Shown piece after piece: positions 30,802 to 41,666 of a stretch of 64,000 nucleotides of DNA (positions within the stretch are counted from its first letter, which is position 1; the number at the start of each line of letters is the position of its first letter). The notes beneath the pieces were generated by a model. The model was not told the origin of the DNA and ran no database searches. It saw only the letters and a program-made list of their open reading frames with translations. The translations under genes and the position numbers were made by a program. The stretch comes from an uncultured Solirubrobacterales bacterium. Lineage in GTDB: Bacteria; Actinomycetota; Thermoleophilia; Solirubrobacterales; JBBDJG01. Location of the stretch: NCBI GenBank assembly GCA_963774075.1, contig CAVZDP010000005.1:186179-250178 (forward strand), written 5' to 3'.

Positions 30802-32603
30802 CGCCGCCTCCCGCGCGAGGCGATCCGGCCACGACTACCCTCGCCGCCGGAGTCACGATCGGCGGCGGGCAGGAGGTCGACACGGCCACGCGGCGAATCG
30901 ACGGCGTCGACGGCCACCCTGACGGGGTCGCCGAGCCGTAGCTGGCTGCCGCTGCGGCGCCCCACGAGCGCCGTGCCGAGCTCGTTCAGGTCGTAGTACT
31001 CCCGCAGCCTGCGCGCCGGCAGGAACCCCTCACAGGGGGCGGTGTCGCGCTCGCCGGTCGCGAAGCTCACAAACGCGCCGGCACCCACGAGGCCGCTCAC
31101 CTCCCCGTCGAACTCGCGCTCCCAACCATTCTCGAACAGCTCTCTCTCGAGCAGGAAGGCAAGGCAGACGTCGTCGGCCTTGCGTTCGAGTGCCGTCGCC
31201 TCGCGCTCCGTCTGGGAGCAGTGGAAGCCGCTCTCGCCGAGGGAGTGCGGCGGATGCGTTTCCTCGTCATCTCCGACGGCGGCCAGAAGCGCGCGGTGCA
31301 CGACGAGGTCCGGGTAGCGGCGGATCGGTGAGGTGAAGTGGGCGTAGGCCGCACTCGCGAGCCCGGCGTGGCCGAGGTTCTGCGGCGAGTAGTAGGCCTG
31401 CTTGAGGGAGCGCAGGACGAGCGACGTGAGCGCTGCCCCGCCGTGCCCGGTCAGGCGCACGTGCTCCATCACCCGGAGCCCGATCTCGCCGACGAGCTTC
31501 CCCGCCTCCTTCGGGCTCATCTGCTTGGGCACGGGCGGGGTCGGCACGTCGAGGCTTTCCAGCTGCGCCACCAGGAACTCGACGGCCGCCGGCTCGGGCT
31601 CCTCGTGCACCCGGTAGAGGAGGGGCTTTCGCCGCCGCCCGAGCTCCTGCGCCACCTGCTCGTTGGCGAGGATCATCAGCTCCTCGATCACGCCGTGCGC
31701 CTCGGTCTGCACGTCGTCGATCGCGTGGTTGACGTTCCCCTCGGAGTCGAACTCGAACTCGGGCTCCGAGGTCTCGAGCCCGAGCGCTCCCCGCGCGAGC
31801 CGTCTGTCTCCCAGCGTCTTGGCCACGGCGCGGGCTAGATTCAAGGGCTCTGCGACCGGCTGGGGGTAGGGCTCGCGGCCGGCGAAGATCTGGTCGACCT
31901 GCTCGTAGGTGAGGCGGCAGTCGGAGCGGATGAGGCTGCGGTAGAAAGCGGTCGAGCGCACCTGCGACTCGCCGTCGAGCAGAAGCTCCACCGTCACCGC
32001 CCTGCGCGGCTCGCCGGGCACCAGGCTGCAGGCGTCGCTCGAGAGAGCCTGCGGCAGCATCGGCTCGACCGCTCCCGGGACATAGACGCTGTTGCCACGG
32101 CGGTGCGCCTCGGCGTCGAGAGCCGACCCGAGCTTGACGTGGGCCGCGACGTCGGCGATGTGGATGTGAGCGCGAACCATGTCGCCCTTCCGCTCTGCCG
32201 AGACGGCGTCGTCGAAGTCGCGCGCCTGCGAGGGGTCGATCGTGAAGGTGGGGAGCGCAGTCAGGTCGCGACGCGGCCGCTCGTCGCTGCGTGTCGCGCC
32301 TTCGATTGCCTCGCGCTCGACGCGCTCGGGGAAACGGCGGGCGTGTCCGCGCTCGGCGAGCAGCGCCTCCACCACGTCTCGTGCCACGTCCGGGCGCCCG
32401 AGCACGCGCACGATCTCGGCTCGACCGCTCCCTGGGCGCCGTTCGCGCACCAGCACCATGTCGCCGGGCCGTGCCTCGCCGCGCCGTCGCAGCTCCACCG
32501 TGACACGCCGGCCGCGCTCGAACAGGCGCTCCCCGACCGTGAAGCGCCCGCGCCGCGCCAGCACGACGACGAAGCTGTCCCGCTCCGCCGGCCGCGACGC
32601 CAT
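30798..32603 (-). CDS. rnr: Ribonuclease R (compact)
   Basis: TIDPSQARDFDDA and HFTSPIRRYPDL; C-terminal S1 domain; next to smpB. Confidence 0.9.
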   Translation of the reverse strand: MASRPAERDSFVVVLARRGRFTVGERLFERGRRVTVELRRRGEARPGDMVLVRERRPGSGRAEIVRVLGRPDVARDVVEALLAERGHARRFPERVEREAIEGATRSDERPRRDLTALPTFTIDPSQARDFDDAVSAERKGDMVRAHIHIADVAAHVKLGSALDAEAHRRGNSVYVPGAVEPMLPQALSSDACSLVPGEPRRAVTVELLLDGESQVRSTAFYRSLIRSDCRLTYEQVDQIFAGREPYPQPVAEPLNLARAVAKTLGDRRLARGALGLETSEPEFEFDSEGNVNHAIDDVQTEAHGVIEELMILANEQVAQELGRRRKPLLYRVHEEPEPAAVEFLVAQLESLDVPTPPVPKQMSPKEAGKLVGEIGLRVMEHVRLTGHGGAALTSLVLRSLKQAYYSPQNLGHAGLASAAYAHFTSPIRRYPDLVVHRALLAAVGDDEETHPPHSLGESGFHCSQTEREATALERKADDVCLAFLLERELFENGWEREFDGEVSGLVGAGAFVSFATGERDTAPCEGFLPARRLREYYDLNELGTALVGRRSGSQLRLGDPVRVAVDAVDSPRGRVDLLPAADRDSGGEGSRGRIASRGRRR

Positions 32604-33778
32604 CAGCGCCTAGAGCCTCCAAGCTCGGCGTCGAGCGCGTCGAGCGCGCGCTCGAAGGCCTCGTCGCGCGAAGTGGTCGGACGGTCGGCGGCGCGAATGT
32701 CCGGCTCGATGCCCTTACCACCGAGGTTTTGCCCTCGCGGCGTGTAGTAGTTGCCGAGGGTGAGGTCGAGCGCGCCGCCGTTGGAGAGGTCGAAGATCTG
32801 GCCGAACACTCCCTTTCCGAAGGTGCGGCGGCCGACCACCTTCGACCCGATACGGTCGTGGAGCGCGGCGGTCACGATCTCGGAGGCGCTCGCCGTGCCG
32901 CGATCCACGAGCACGACGACCGGCTTGTTGCGCACCAAAGGCTGCCCGGTGGCGCGCAGCACCCTAGTTGGGCGCGTACGCCCGCGCGTCGTCACGATCA
33001 CGCCGTTGGGTACGAACAGGCTCGCCACCAGGACGGCCTCGTCGAGTAGCCCTCCCCCGTTCTGGCGCAGGTCGAGCACGAACCCCTGAGCCTTGCGGTC
33101 GAGCAGCCGGCCGAGCTCGCCCGCGAGCTGATTGCTCACGCCGTTCGTGAAGGACGCGATGGCCACCACGCCCACTCGTTTGCCGTCGATCCGATCCAGG
33201 CGGCCGTCCACGACCGGGATGGTGATGCGCTCGCGCTTGATCCTCAAGGTCCGCTGTCTCTTTCCATTGCGGGATTCGACCGTGAGAGTGACGAAGGTGC
33301 CCTGCCTGCCCTTGATCTTCGCCGTGGCGAGCTCCGAGGACTCGCCTGCGATCGACTCGCCGTTCACGGCCGTGATCACCTCACCGGGCTTGATCCCGGC
33401 GCGCTGTGCCGGCGTCTTTCGGTACACGCCTGTCACCAGCAGGCCGCGCTTGTGCTCCACGACCGTCAATCCGACGCCTGAGAACTCGCCCCCGACAGAC
33501 TCCCGGAAGAGCTCGTTCTCGCGCGGGGAGAAGTAGTGGGAGAAGCGGTCGCCGAGCGAATCGACCATTCCCCGCAGCGCTCCGTTCTGGAGGCGGGTAT
33601 CGGAGACCTCGCGCTTGTAGTTCTCCTGAATGATCTCGGCTGCATCGGCCGGGAGGGAGGCGTTCTCCTCGACGAACACGTCGCGGATCGGTTCCGGCAG
33701 GTCGCCGGGGTGGCCACCGAGGTAGAGGCCGCCGGCGAGCGCCGCCAGGGCCACTAGAAGCCCGATCAGTCTTCCCAT
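32603..33778 (-). CDS. ctpA: S41 carboxyl-terminal protease
   Basis: PDZ GVGL, DLRQNGGG, TASASE and TFGKG motifs. Confidence 0.92.
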   Translation of the reverse strand: MGRLIGLLVALAALAGGLYLGGHPGDLPEPIRDVFVEENASLPADAAEIIQENYKREVSDTRLQNGALRGMVDSLGDRFSHYFSPRENELFRESVGGEFSGVGLTVVEHKRGLLVTGVYRKTPAQRAGIKPGEVITAVNGESIAGESSELATAKIKGRQGTFVTLTVESRNGKRQRTLRIKRERITIPVVDGRLDRIDGKRVGVVAIASFTNGVSNQLAGELGRLLDRKAQGFVLDLRQNGGGLLDEAVLVASLFVPNGVIVTTRGRTRPTRVLRATGQPLVRNKPVVVLVDRGTASASEIVTAALHDRIGSKVVGRRTFGKGVFGQIFDLSNGGALDLTLGNYYTPRGQNLGGKGIEPDIRAADRPTTSRDEAFERALDALDAELGGSRR

Positions 33779-33838
33779 GGCTGCGCGCCTACCCGGTGGC
33801 GCGCCCTCGCAAGCTGCCGCAGCGCGCCATTGCCAGTG

Positions 33839-34737
33839 CTAAACCCGCAGGAACCGGCGCAGGGTGAGGCCTGACCCAAGCGCGGAGACGGCCGTCGCCG
33901 CCGCCAGCAGCACCACGACCAACACCGTGAACTCGATGGTCTGGGGTGCAGCGATCAAAGCGAAGCGGTCGGAGAGCGGTTCGACCACTGTCTCCTTGGC
34001 GAGCCACAGGAGCGCCACGGCGGCCATTCCGGCGAAGAAGCCCACGACGAGCCCCTCGATCACGAACGGCCAGCGAATGAACCAGTTCGTCGCCCCCACC
34101 AGGCGCATCACCTCGACCTCGCGCCGGCGCGCGAACACCGACAGGCGGATCGTGTTGGCTACCAGCAGGATCGAGGCGGCCACGAGCAGGCCGGCCAGGC
34201 CCGCGAGGATGATCTTGATCGTGCTCGTCGCCGAGAGGATCTTGTTCGTGTCGTCCTCGCGGTCCTTGATCTCGTCGATCGCCGGGCTGATGAAGTGCGC
34301 CGCGCCTCTCGCGTCGGTGGGGCGTAGCGCGGCCTTTACGACGTCCACGTTGGCCGGGTCATCGAGCTTGATGCGGTAGGAGCGCGGAAGCGGGTTTCCG
34401 GGCAGGTCGTTGACTATCGAGGACTTGGTGCCGAGGCGCTGGCGCAGGATCCGAAGCGCCTCAGCCTTGCTGACGAACTCGCTCCTCTCGACATGCGGGA
34501 GCGCCGTCACTCGCCGGCCGAGCTCGGCGACCTCCGCTCGGGTGGCGTCGTCGTGGATGAAGACCTCGAGCTCGATCTTGTTGCGCACCTCGTTCGTCTT
34601 CGCCGTCGCAGCGCGCATCACCGGGATGAAGACGCCGAGGACGAGCGTCGTGATCAGGATCGTGGCGAAGGCCGCCAGGCTGGGGGCGGCGTTGCGCCTC
34701 AGCGCGCGAAGCGCCTCCTTCAAGAAGAAGCCGATTC

Positions 34738-34741
<4 letters not shown>
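33839..34741 (-). CDS. ftsX: Cell division permease FtsX
   Basis: NPLP and NTIRLSVFARRREVEVMRLVGAT..FIRWPF. Confidence 0.95.
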
Positions 34742-35535
<794 letters not shown>

Positions 35536-35691
35536 GAAACGGGGAATTGTGCCAAATGCGGGCATTTCGCGCCGCTCGACCGGCCCGCAAGCGGCCGGCG
35601 GCCCATCAGGCCACTCTTTTCGACCCGCTCGCGCCGCCTCCTGCTGAAGCAGCGATTACGCCTCTCGCGCGGGAGAGGCCGCGCGCCTCGG

Positions 35692-36693
35692 CTAGTCGTC
35701 GGTGCCGTCGAGCACCGGCGGCGCGTGCTTCACCACCGGCTTGAGCGCGAGCGCCTGGCGGACCGTGTCGGCGATGCCCTCGGCGGTGAGCCCGAAGCGC
35801 TCCATCACGGCCTCGCCCGTGCCCGAGAGCCCGAAGCGGTCGCCGACGCCGACGGCGAAGAGCGGAACCGGGTACTGCTCGGCCGCGACCTCGCGGATCG
35901 CGTCGGCGAGCCCACCGACCTTGCGATGCTCCTCCGCTGTGACCGCGACGCCCGTGCGTGCCAGCGACGCCAGCACGGACTCGGAGTCGAGCGGCTTGAT
36001 GATCGCCACGTTCACGACCTCGGCCTCGACGCCCTGGTCGCGCTCCAGCATCTCGGCAGCCTCGAGCGCGCGCCACACCATGTGCCCGCAGGCGAAGATC
36101 GAGATGTCCTTGCCCTCGCGCAGCACGTCGGCGCCGCCGCCAAGCGTGGCAGGCACCTCGTCGTACACGAACGGGGTGGCCGGCCGGCCGAAGCGCATGT
36201 ACATCGGTCCCTCGCGCTCGTAGCTCTCGAGCACCGCGCGGTAGGCCTGGTTGTAGTCGGCGGGCACGACGACCTGCATCTTCGGCATCACGCGCATCAG
36301 CGCGATGTCCTCGATCATCTGGTGCGAGGCGCCGTCCTCGCCCAGCGAGAGCCCACCGTGCGAGGCGCACACGCGCACCTTCAACTCGTTGTGGGCGATG
36401 CCAAGCCGGACCTGGTCGTATGCGCGGCCGGTGGCAAAGATCGCAAAGGTGGATGCGTACGGGATCTTGCCGGTGGTCGCGAGGCCGCACGCCATCGACA
36501 TCATGTTCGCCTCGGCGGTGCCGACGTTGAAGAAGCGCTCGGGAAAGCGCTTGCCGAACTCGATGCTCTGGGTCGAGACGGCGAGGTCGGCATCGAGCGC
36601 CACGACCTCCTCGTGTGCCTCGCCGAGCTCGACGAGCGCGGCGCCGTACGCCTTGCGAGTGGGAACCGGGTCCTTCTCGGCGAGCGGCGTCAT
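35692..36693 (-). CDS. Transketolase C-terminal subunit
   Basis: AEANM, GEDGASHQ and AEEH motifs. Confidence 0.93.
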   Translation of the reverse strand: MTPLAEKDPVPTRKAYGAALVELGEAHEEVVALDADLAVSTQSIEFGKRFPERFFNVGTAEANMMSMACGLATTGKIPYASTFAIFATGRAYDQVRLGIAHNELKVRVCASHGGLSLGEDGASHQMIEDIALMRVMPKMQVVVPADYNQAYRAVLESYEREGPMYMRFGRPATPFVYDEVPATLGGGADVLREGKDISIFACGHMVWRALEAAEMLERDQGVEAEVVNVAIIKPLDSESVLASLARTGVAVTAEEHRKVGGLADAIREVAAEQYPVPLFAVGVGDRFGLSGTGEAVMERFGLTAEGIADTVRQALALKPVVKHAPPVLDGTDD

Positions 36694-37709
36694 CGCTTCC
36701 GCGAAAGCGCCAGCTGCTTGGTCTGCTCAGCGAGCTTGGCCTCGAGCTCCGTGAGCGCCTGCTCCGCCTGCTCGGGCGAGGGCGGCTTGCCGTGGAAGCC
36801 GAACTGGTTCTCCATGATGGAGACTCCACGACCCTTCTTCGTCTGGCAGACGACCGCCACGGGGCCCTCGCGCGTGCGGCTCCATTCGAGCGACTCGACG
36901 ATCTGCGACATGTCGTGGCCCTCTATCTCCACGGCTTCCCAGTCGAAGGCCTCGAACTTGCGGCGCACGTCCTTGACGTCCATCACGTCCTCGGTGGTGC
37001 CGTCGGTCTGGAGGTGGTTGTAGTCGACGATCGCGGTCAGGTTCGTCACCTCGAAGTGGGCGGCCGCCATCGCCGCCTCCCACGTCTGGCCCTCCTGACA
37101 GTCGCCATCGGACAGGATGGCGAACACGTGCGCGTCCGCGATCCTGTCGAGGCGCAAGCCGAGCCCGATCCCGAGCGACATCGACAGCCCCTGCCCGAGC
37201 GAGCCGGTCGAAACCTCCACGCCATGGGTCCGGGTCATGTCCGGATGGCCCTGGAGGTGCGCGTCCAGCTTGCGCAGCCCCATCAGGTCCTCGTGCGGGA
37301 AGTAGCCGTGCCGGGCCAGGGCCGCGTACTGGATCGGCGCGGCGTGGCCCTTGCTCAGCACGAAGCGGTCGCGTCCCGGCCAGTTCGGCCGTTCGGGATC
37401 GTGGCGGAGCACCCGGTAGTAAAGGGCGGCGACGATGTCGGCCGCCGAGAGTGACGAGTCGAGGTGGCCGGACTTCGCGACGGCGAGCATCCGCACGCAG
37501 TCGATCCGCAACACGGTGGCGTAGCGCTCGAGCTCCGCGATGGACGGCTTGCGGGCGCCTCGAAGGCGCATCTTGCGCTCCAAGCCCTGCGCCGGGATGT
37601 TCTCGACCGGGGCCAGGTGCGACACCTTTCGTCTCTTGTTCATGGCTGCGTCGGCGTTCTCCGCCGCGCGAGCCTGCCCTACCGAGGGTTTCGGTTCGGC
37701 TGGGCTCAT
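36690..37709 (-). CDS. Transketolase N-terminal subunit
   Basis: SKGHA, LQGHP, TGSLGQG and SDGDCQEG TPP motifs; start uncertain. Confidence 0.93.
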   Translation of the reverse strand: MSPAEPKPSVGQARAAENADAAMNKRRKVSHLAPVENIPAQGLERKMRLRGARKPSIAELERYATVLRIDCVRMLAVAKSGHLDSSLSAADIVAALYYRVLRHDPERPNWPGRDRFVLSKGHAAPIQYAALARHGYFPHEDLMGLRKLDAHLQGHPDMTRTHGVEVSTGSLGQGLSMSLGIGLGLRLDRIADAHVFAILSDGDCQEGQTWEAAMAAAHFEVTNLTAIVDYNHLQTDGTTEDVMDVKDVRRKFEAFDWEAVEIEGHDMSQIVESLEWSRTREGPVAVVCQTKKGRGVSIMENQFGFHGKPPSPEQAEQALTELEAKLAEQTKQLALSRKR

Positions 37710-37877
37710 GCCGCAGGCGGGCGGCAGATTGCCGAGCCGGGCCGCGGAATGCCTCCCTCACTCGACGCTGCCGGCCGGCCGGCCGCGCTTACGGAGCGGA
37801 CCGGACGGATGCTACCAGCGAGCGTCACGAGCGGCAGGGTATGGCGACGTGCGGACGGAAGGGCGTCTCAGAGCCTC

Positions 37878-38477
37878 TCACGCGCCGCGTGCCGCCCTGG
37901 CCACGAGGCCGTCGTAGACGAGGGAGAGGATCTCCCCGAAAAGACCGTCCGCAACCCCGTCCGGGTCGGCCAGCTTCATCATCGCCAGCCCGGAGCCGAG
38001 GGCGACGAACGCGGTCGCGACGTCGTCCGCGGAGACCGAGAACTCGGGCGCGCCGAGCTGGCGCTGGCGTTCCTCGAGGGCCCGGGCCAGTCCGGAGCGA
38101 AGCGCCGTGTTGCGCTCCACGTAGCGCGCCCGCAGCTCCGGGCGCCGCATGGCGAGCGACCAGTACTCGTAGGAGAGAAGCACGAGGTCTCGCTCCTCCA
38201 CCAGCACCTGGAGGAGCTGCTGGTTCACCCCCTCCGAGGCGGGCTCGTCGGTAGGGGCCGACTGCGTCAGCTCGACCATGTCCCGCAGTCGCCGGCCGAT
38301 CCGCTCCTCGTAGAGCGTGAGGAAGAGGTCGTCCTTGCTCTTGAAGTTCCAGTAGACGGCGCCCTTGGAGAGACCGGCCTGGGCAGCCACGTCATCGACC
38401 GACGCCGCCTGGTAGCCGCGCTCGGCGAACACTCGGGCAGCGGCGTCCAGTAGTCGATCGCGGGAGCTCGCCGCCAT
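37878..38477 (-). CDS. TetR-family regulator
   Basis: [23 protein letters not shown]. Confidence 0.94.
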   Translation of the reverse strand: MAASSRDRLLDAAARVFAERGYQAASVDDVAAQAGLSKGAVYWNFKSKDDLFLTLYEERIGRRLRDMVELTQSAPTDEPASEGVNQQLLQVLVEERDLVLLSYEYWSLAMRRPELRARYVERNTALRSGLARALEERQRQLGAPEFSVSADDVATAFVALGSGLAMMKLADPDGVADGLFGEILSLVYDGLVARAARGA

Positions 38478-38493
38478 TTGACGAGATTAACAT

Positions 38494-38507
38494 ACCGACT
38501 AGTCGGT
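38494..38507. promoter_or_regulatory. Probable TetR operator
   Basis: Perfect palindrome ACCGACTAGTCGGT between the divergent tetR and FMO genes. Confidence 0.75.
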
Positions 38508-38525
38508 TTGTGCTATTCATCAGTC

Positions 38526-39866
38526 ATGAGCGAATCGACGCCACAGGGGCCGGTCTGCGTGATCGGCGCCGGCTCATCCGGCCTCGCGGCGGTCCAGGCC
38601 CTGGCCGAGCGCCGAATGGCCGTCGAGTGCTTCGAGCAGGGGTCCGACATAGGCGGCAACTGGCGCTACAGAAACGACGCGGGGAGCGCGGCCTACGAAT
38701 CGCTGAGAACCAACGTCTCTCGGCCACGCATGCAATACCCCGGCTTTCCGATGCCGAAGTCCTACGGGGATTTCGTGCACCACTCGGACATGGCCGAATA
38801 CCTCGACGCCTATGCGGCCGCCTTTGGCCTGCGCGACCACATCCGGGTCCGAACGACAGTCGTGCGGGTGGTGAAAAGCGCGGAGTCGAAGACGTGGCGC
38901 GTCACGCTGGGCGACGGCTCGGAGCGCGACTACCGAGCGGTCGTGGTGGCGAACGGGCACCATTGGGACGCGATCGACCCTGCATTTCCCGGCCAGTCGA
39001 GCGCGGACGCCATCCATTCACGTGACTATCGGACGCCGGAGCGGTTCGGCGGAAAGAGAGTGCTGGTGGTCGGCTGCAACCAGTCCGCGTGCGAGATCGC
39101 GGGCGAGATCTCGGGCGCCGCCGCGCACACCTACCTGTCGGTGCCCAGGGGAGCGCACGTCATCCCTCGCTGGATCCGTGGAAAGCCGTACGACCGCCTG
39201 GACCTCGACGTGACCAGCCGCCTGCCGTGGCGCTTGATCAACTGGTTCCTCGAGGCGGGCGTTGCAGCCTCGCCGGGGGGGCGCGCATCCGACTACGGCC
39301 TGCCGGCGCCGGACCACCGGCTGATCGAGGGCTTGCCCGCGATCACCTCGGACCTCGTTCCCGCCCTGCGCCGAGGCTCGATCACCGTGAAGCCGAAGGT
39401 GGAGCGACTGGAGGGAGAGCACGTCCGGTTCGAGGACGGCAGCCGCGAAAGGGTCGACGGGATCGTCTACGCGACCGGGTACAGGATCAGCTTTCCCTTT
39501 CTGGATCCCGAGCTGCTCGAGCCTCGCGGGAAGGAGCTGCCTCTCTACCGTCGGATCGTGCCGCCGCGGCATCCGGGTCTTTGCTTCGTCGGCCTCGTGG
39601 ACGCACCGGGCGGGCTGCTGCCGATCGTCGAGACCCAGGCGACGTGGATCGCCGCCCTGCTCGGGGGGCGGCTCTCCCTGCCTTCGCCGAAGCGAATGTG
39701 GGCCGCGATCGAAAAGGGCGAGCGCCGGACGAGACAACGCTTCCCGATGGAGGGGCCGCACAGCATCCGCTGCGACCCCCACACCTACAAGCGCGTGCTG
39801 GCCCGCGATCTGCGGCGCGTGTCCGTCAAGCCCGAGCCTCAGTCGACGGCGAGCGCGCCGAGCTGA
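38526..39866 (+). CDS. Flavin-containing monooxygenase
   Basis: GAGSSG, GGNW, IHSRDY and ATGY motifs. Confidence 0.93.
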   Translation: MSESTPQGPVCVIGAGSSGLAAVQALAERRMAVECFEQGSDIGGNWRYRNDAGSAAYESLRTNVSRPRMQYPGFPMPKSYGDFVHHSDMAEYLDAYAAAFGLRDHIRVRTTVVRVVKSAESKTWRVTLGDGSERDYRAVVVANGHHWDAIDPAFPGQSSADAIHSRDYRTPERFGGKRVLVVGCNQSACEIAGEISGAAAHTYLSVPRGAHVIPRWIRGKPYDRLDLDVTSRLPWRLINWFLEAGVAASPGGRASDYGLPAPDHRLIEGLPAITSDLVPALRRGSITVKPKVERLEGEHVRFEDGSRERVDGIVYATGYRISFPFLDPELLEPRGKELPLYRRIVPPRHPGLCFVGLVDAPGGLLPIVETQATWIAALLGGRLSLPSPKRMWAAIEKGERRTRQRFPMEGPHSIRCDPHTYKRVLARDLRRVSVKPEPQSTASAPS

Positions 39867-40489
39867 GCGCTCAGCTCGCCGGCGCTGGCGACGCTGCCCG
39901 CCGTGGTGCGGGCAAGCTTGACCGTGTGCGCGCCCGGCGGCACCGGCGCGGCGGTTGCGCCGAACAACAGGTGAAATTCGAACCCGTCGCCATCGTCGGC
40001 TTCCGCCTGCAGCAGGACGCCGCCGCCCGGCACAGGCTTGTTGTCGACGTAGACGCCCCACCGCGTCGAGCAGGATCCGTCCACGCTGCAGCTCGAGAAG
40101 ATGCCACGCAGGGGAGCGAAGACCTGGACGCTCCCGGCGCGGGTGGTGATGATGGTCGTCTGGGCGATCACCGTGCCGGGGGTCGGGGGCGGGTCGGCGT
40201 CCGACGCCTTGGCGGCCACGAGCGACGGCAGCAAACCCATCTCGAGGTCCTTCTCGGTGACCGTGCGGTCCTTGATCTTCGCCGCGGTGACCGAGCGGCT
40301 GCGGAGCTTCTCCGAGGTGATCGCGGCCCGCTTCAGCTTCTTCGTCGTCACGGCGCTCGGCTTGAGCTGGTTCTCGCCCACGCTGTTGCGTGGGATCGTG
40401 ACGGCGTAGGCGCCTCCGCCCAAGGCCACGAAGACGGCGATGGTCGCCATCACGTTCGAGTAGTTGAGGTGGGTGCGAAAGCGCTCCAC
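39839..40489 (-). CDS. Secreted or surface hypothetical protein with VTxxK(L/I) decapeptide repeats
   Basis: AAGGAGG SD; signal NVMATIAVFVALGGGAYA; repeats follow. Confidence 0.75.
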   Translation of the reverse strand: MERFRTHLNYSNVMATIAVFVALGGGAYAVTIPRNSVGENQLKPSAVTTKKLKRAAITSEKLRSRSVTAAKIKDRTVTEKDLEMGLLPSLVAAKASDADPPPTPGTVIAQTTIITTRAGSVQVFAPLRGIFSSCSVDGSCSTRWGVYVDNKPVPGGGVLLQAEADDGDGFEFHLLFGATAAPVPPGAHTVKLARTTAGSVASAGELSAQLGALAVD

Positions 40490-40521
40490 AGCCTCCTTAT
40501 CGAAACGAGGCGCGACCGGCT

Positions 40522-40586
40522 TTAGAGAGGCTGTCTCAAAACCCTCCGCGCACGCCTGGCGGCGAGACAACCTCTTAGAGAGGCTG
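40522..40586. mobile_element. MITE-like IS-end relic (48 bp)
   Basis: GAGGCTGTCTC...GAGACAACCTC inverted repeats (10/11) flanked by TTAGA direct repeats; a second TTAGAGAGGCTG start follows. Confidence 0.55.
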
Positions 40587-40600
40587 CGTTCTGGGTGGGC

Positions 40601-41635
40601 TCAGCCGATGGCGACCATGCGCTCGATCGGGACGCGCGCCCGCTCGGCGATCTCCCCGGGCACGCGCACCGCGAACACGAGGTCGCGAAGCGAATCACGC
40701 AGCCGCGGCAGCGTGATCATCTTCATGTAGCGGCACACGGCCGCCTCGTTCGCCGCCAAGATCCGCTTGTCGGGGCTGTCACGTCGCATGCGGTGAAGGA
40801 TGCCGGTCTCGGTCGCGACGATCATCGTGTCGGCGTCGGACTCGGCGGCGTGCCGCATCATCCCCTCGGTCGAGAGGAAGTGCGTGCCCTCTGGGTCGAC
40901 GTCGCCGGAGGCGACGTATTCCATCACCTGGGTCGTGCAGCCACACTCGGGGTGGATGAGGAACTCGGCCTCCGGCTCCTGGGCGCGCATGGCGTTGATG
41001 TCGGAAGGCCGGATTCCGGCGTGCACGTGGCATTCGCCGTCCCACACGTTCATCTTGCGCCCGGTCTCGCGCTCCACGTAGGCGCCGAGCCACATGTCCG
41101 GGCCGAACAGGATCTCGGTGTCCTCGCCGTGCTCTCGGTAGATGTGCTCCACCACCTTGACCGCGTTCGACGACGTGCAGCAGTAGTCCGTCTCGGCCTT
41201 GACCTGCGCGGAGGTGTTCACGTACATCACGACGATCGCGCCGGGGTGCTCGGCCTTCCACGCTCGAAGCTGGTCGGCCGTGATGGAGTCGGACAGCGAG
41301 CAGCCGGCCTCCGGGTCCGGGATCAACACCGTCTTGCCCGGCGAGAGGATGGAGGCGGTCTCGGCCATGAAGTGCACGCCGCAGAACACGATCACTTCCG
41401 CATCCGTCGAGGCCGCCTGGCGCGAGAGCCCGAGCGAGTCGCCGACGAAGTCGGCCACGTCCTGGACCTCCGGCACCTGGTAGTTGTGGGCCAGGATGAC
41501 GGCATTGCGCTTGGCGACGAGCTCTCGCACCTCGCGCTGCATGCCCGGGACGTCCTCGATCGCGAGCGGCGCCGTGTCGAGCAGCTCGCTCGGTGCGGGG
41601 AGGTTCGACGTCTGGATGGTGGGAAGCGGTTGCAT
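40601..41635 (-). CDS. nadA: Quinolinate synthase
   Basis: AHNYQ, CGVHFMAE, AGCSL, HPEC and CRYMK motifs. Confidence 0.97.
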   Translation of the reverse strand: MQPLPTIQTSNLPAPSELLDTAPLAIEDVPGMQREVRELVAKRNAVILAHNYQVPEVQDVADFVGDSLGLSRQAASTDAEVIVFCGVHFMAETASILSPGKTVLIPDPEAGCSLSDSITADQLRAWKAEHPGAIVVMYVNTSAQVKAETDYCCTSSNAVKVVEHIYREHGEDTEILFGPDMWLGAYVERETGRKMNVWDGECHVHAGIRPSDINAMRAQEPEAEFLIHPECGCTTQVMEYVASGDVDPEGTHFLSTEGMMRHAAESDADTMIVATETGILHRMRRDSPDKRILAANEAAVCRYMKMITLPRLRDSLRDLVFAVRVPGEIAERARVPIERMVAIG

Positions 41636-41666
41636 TCGAGCAGCTTCGGCCGGCCCGGGTGAGGGT

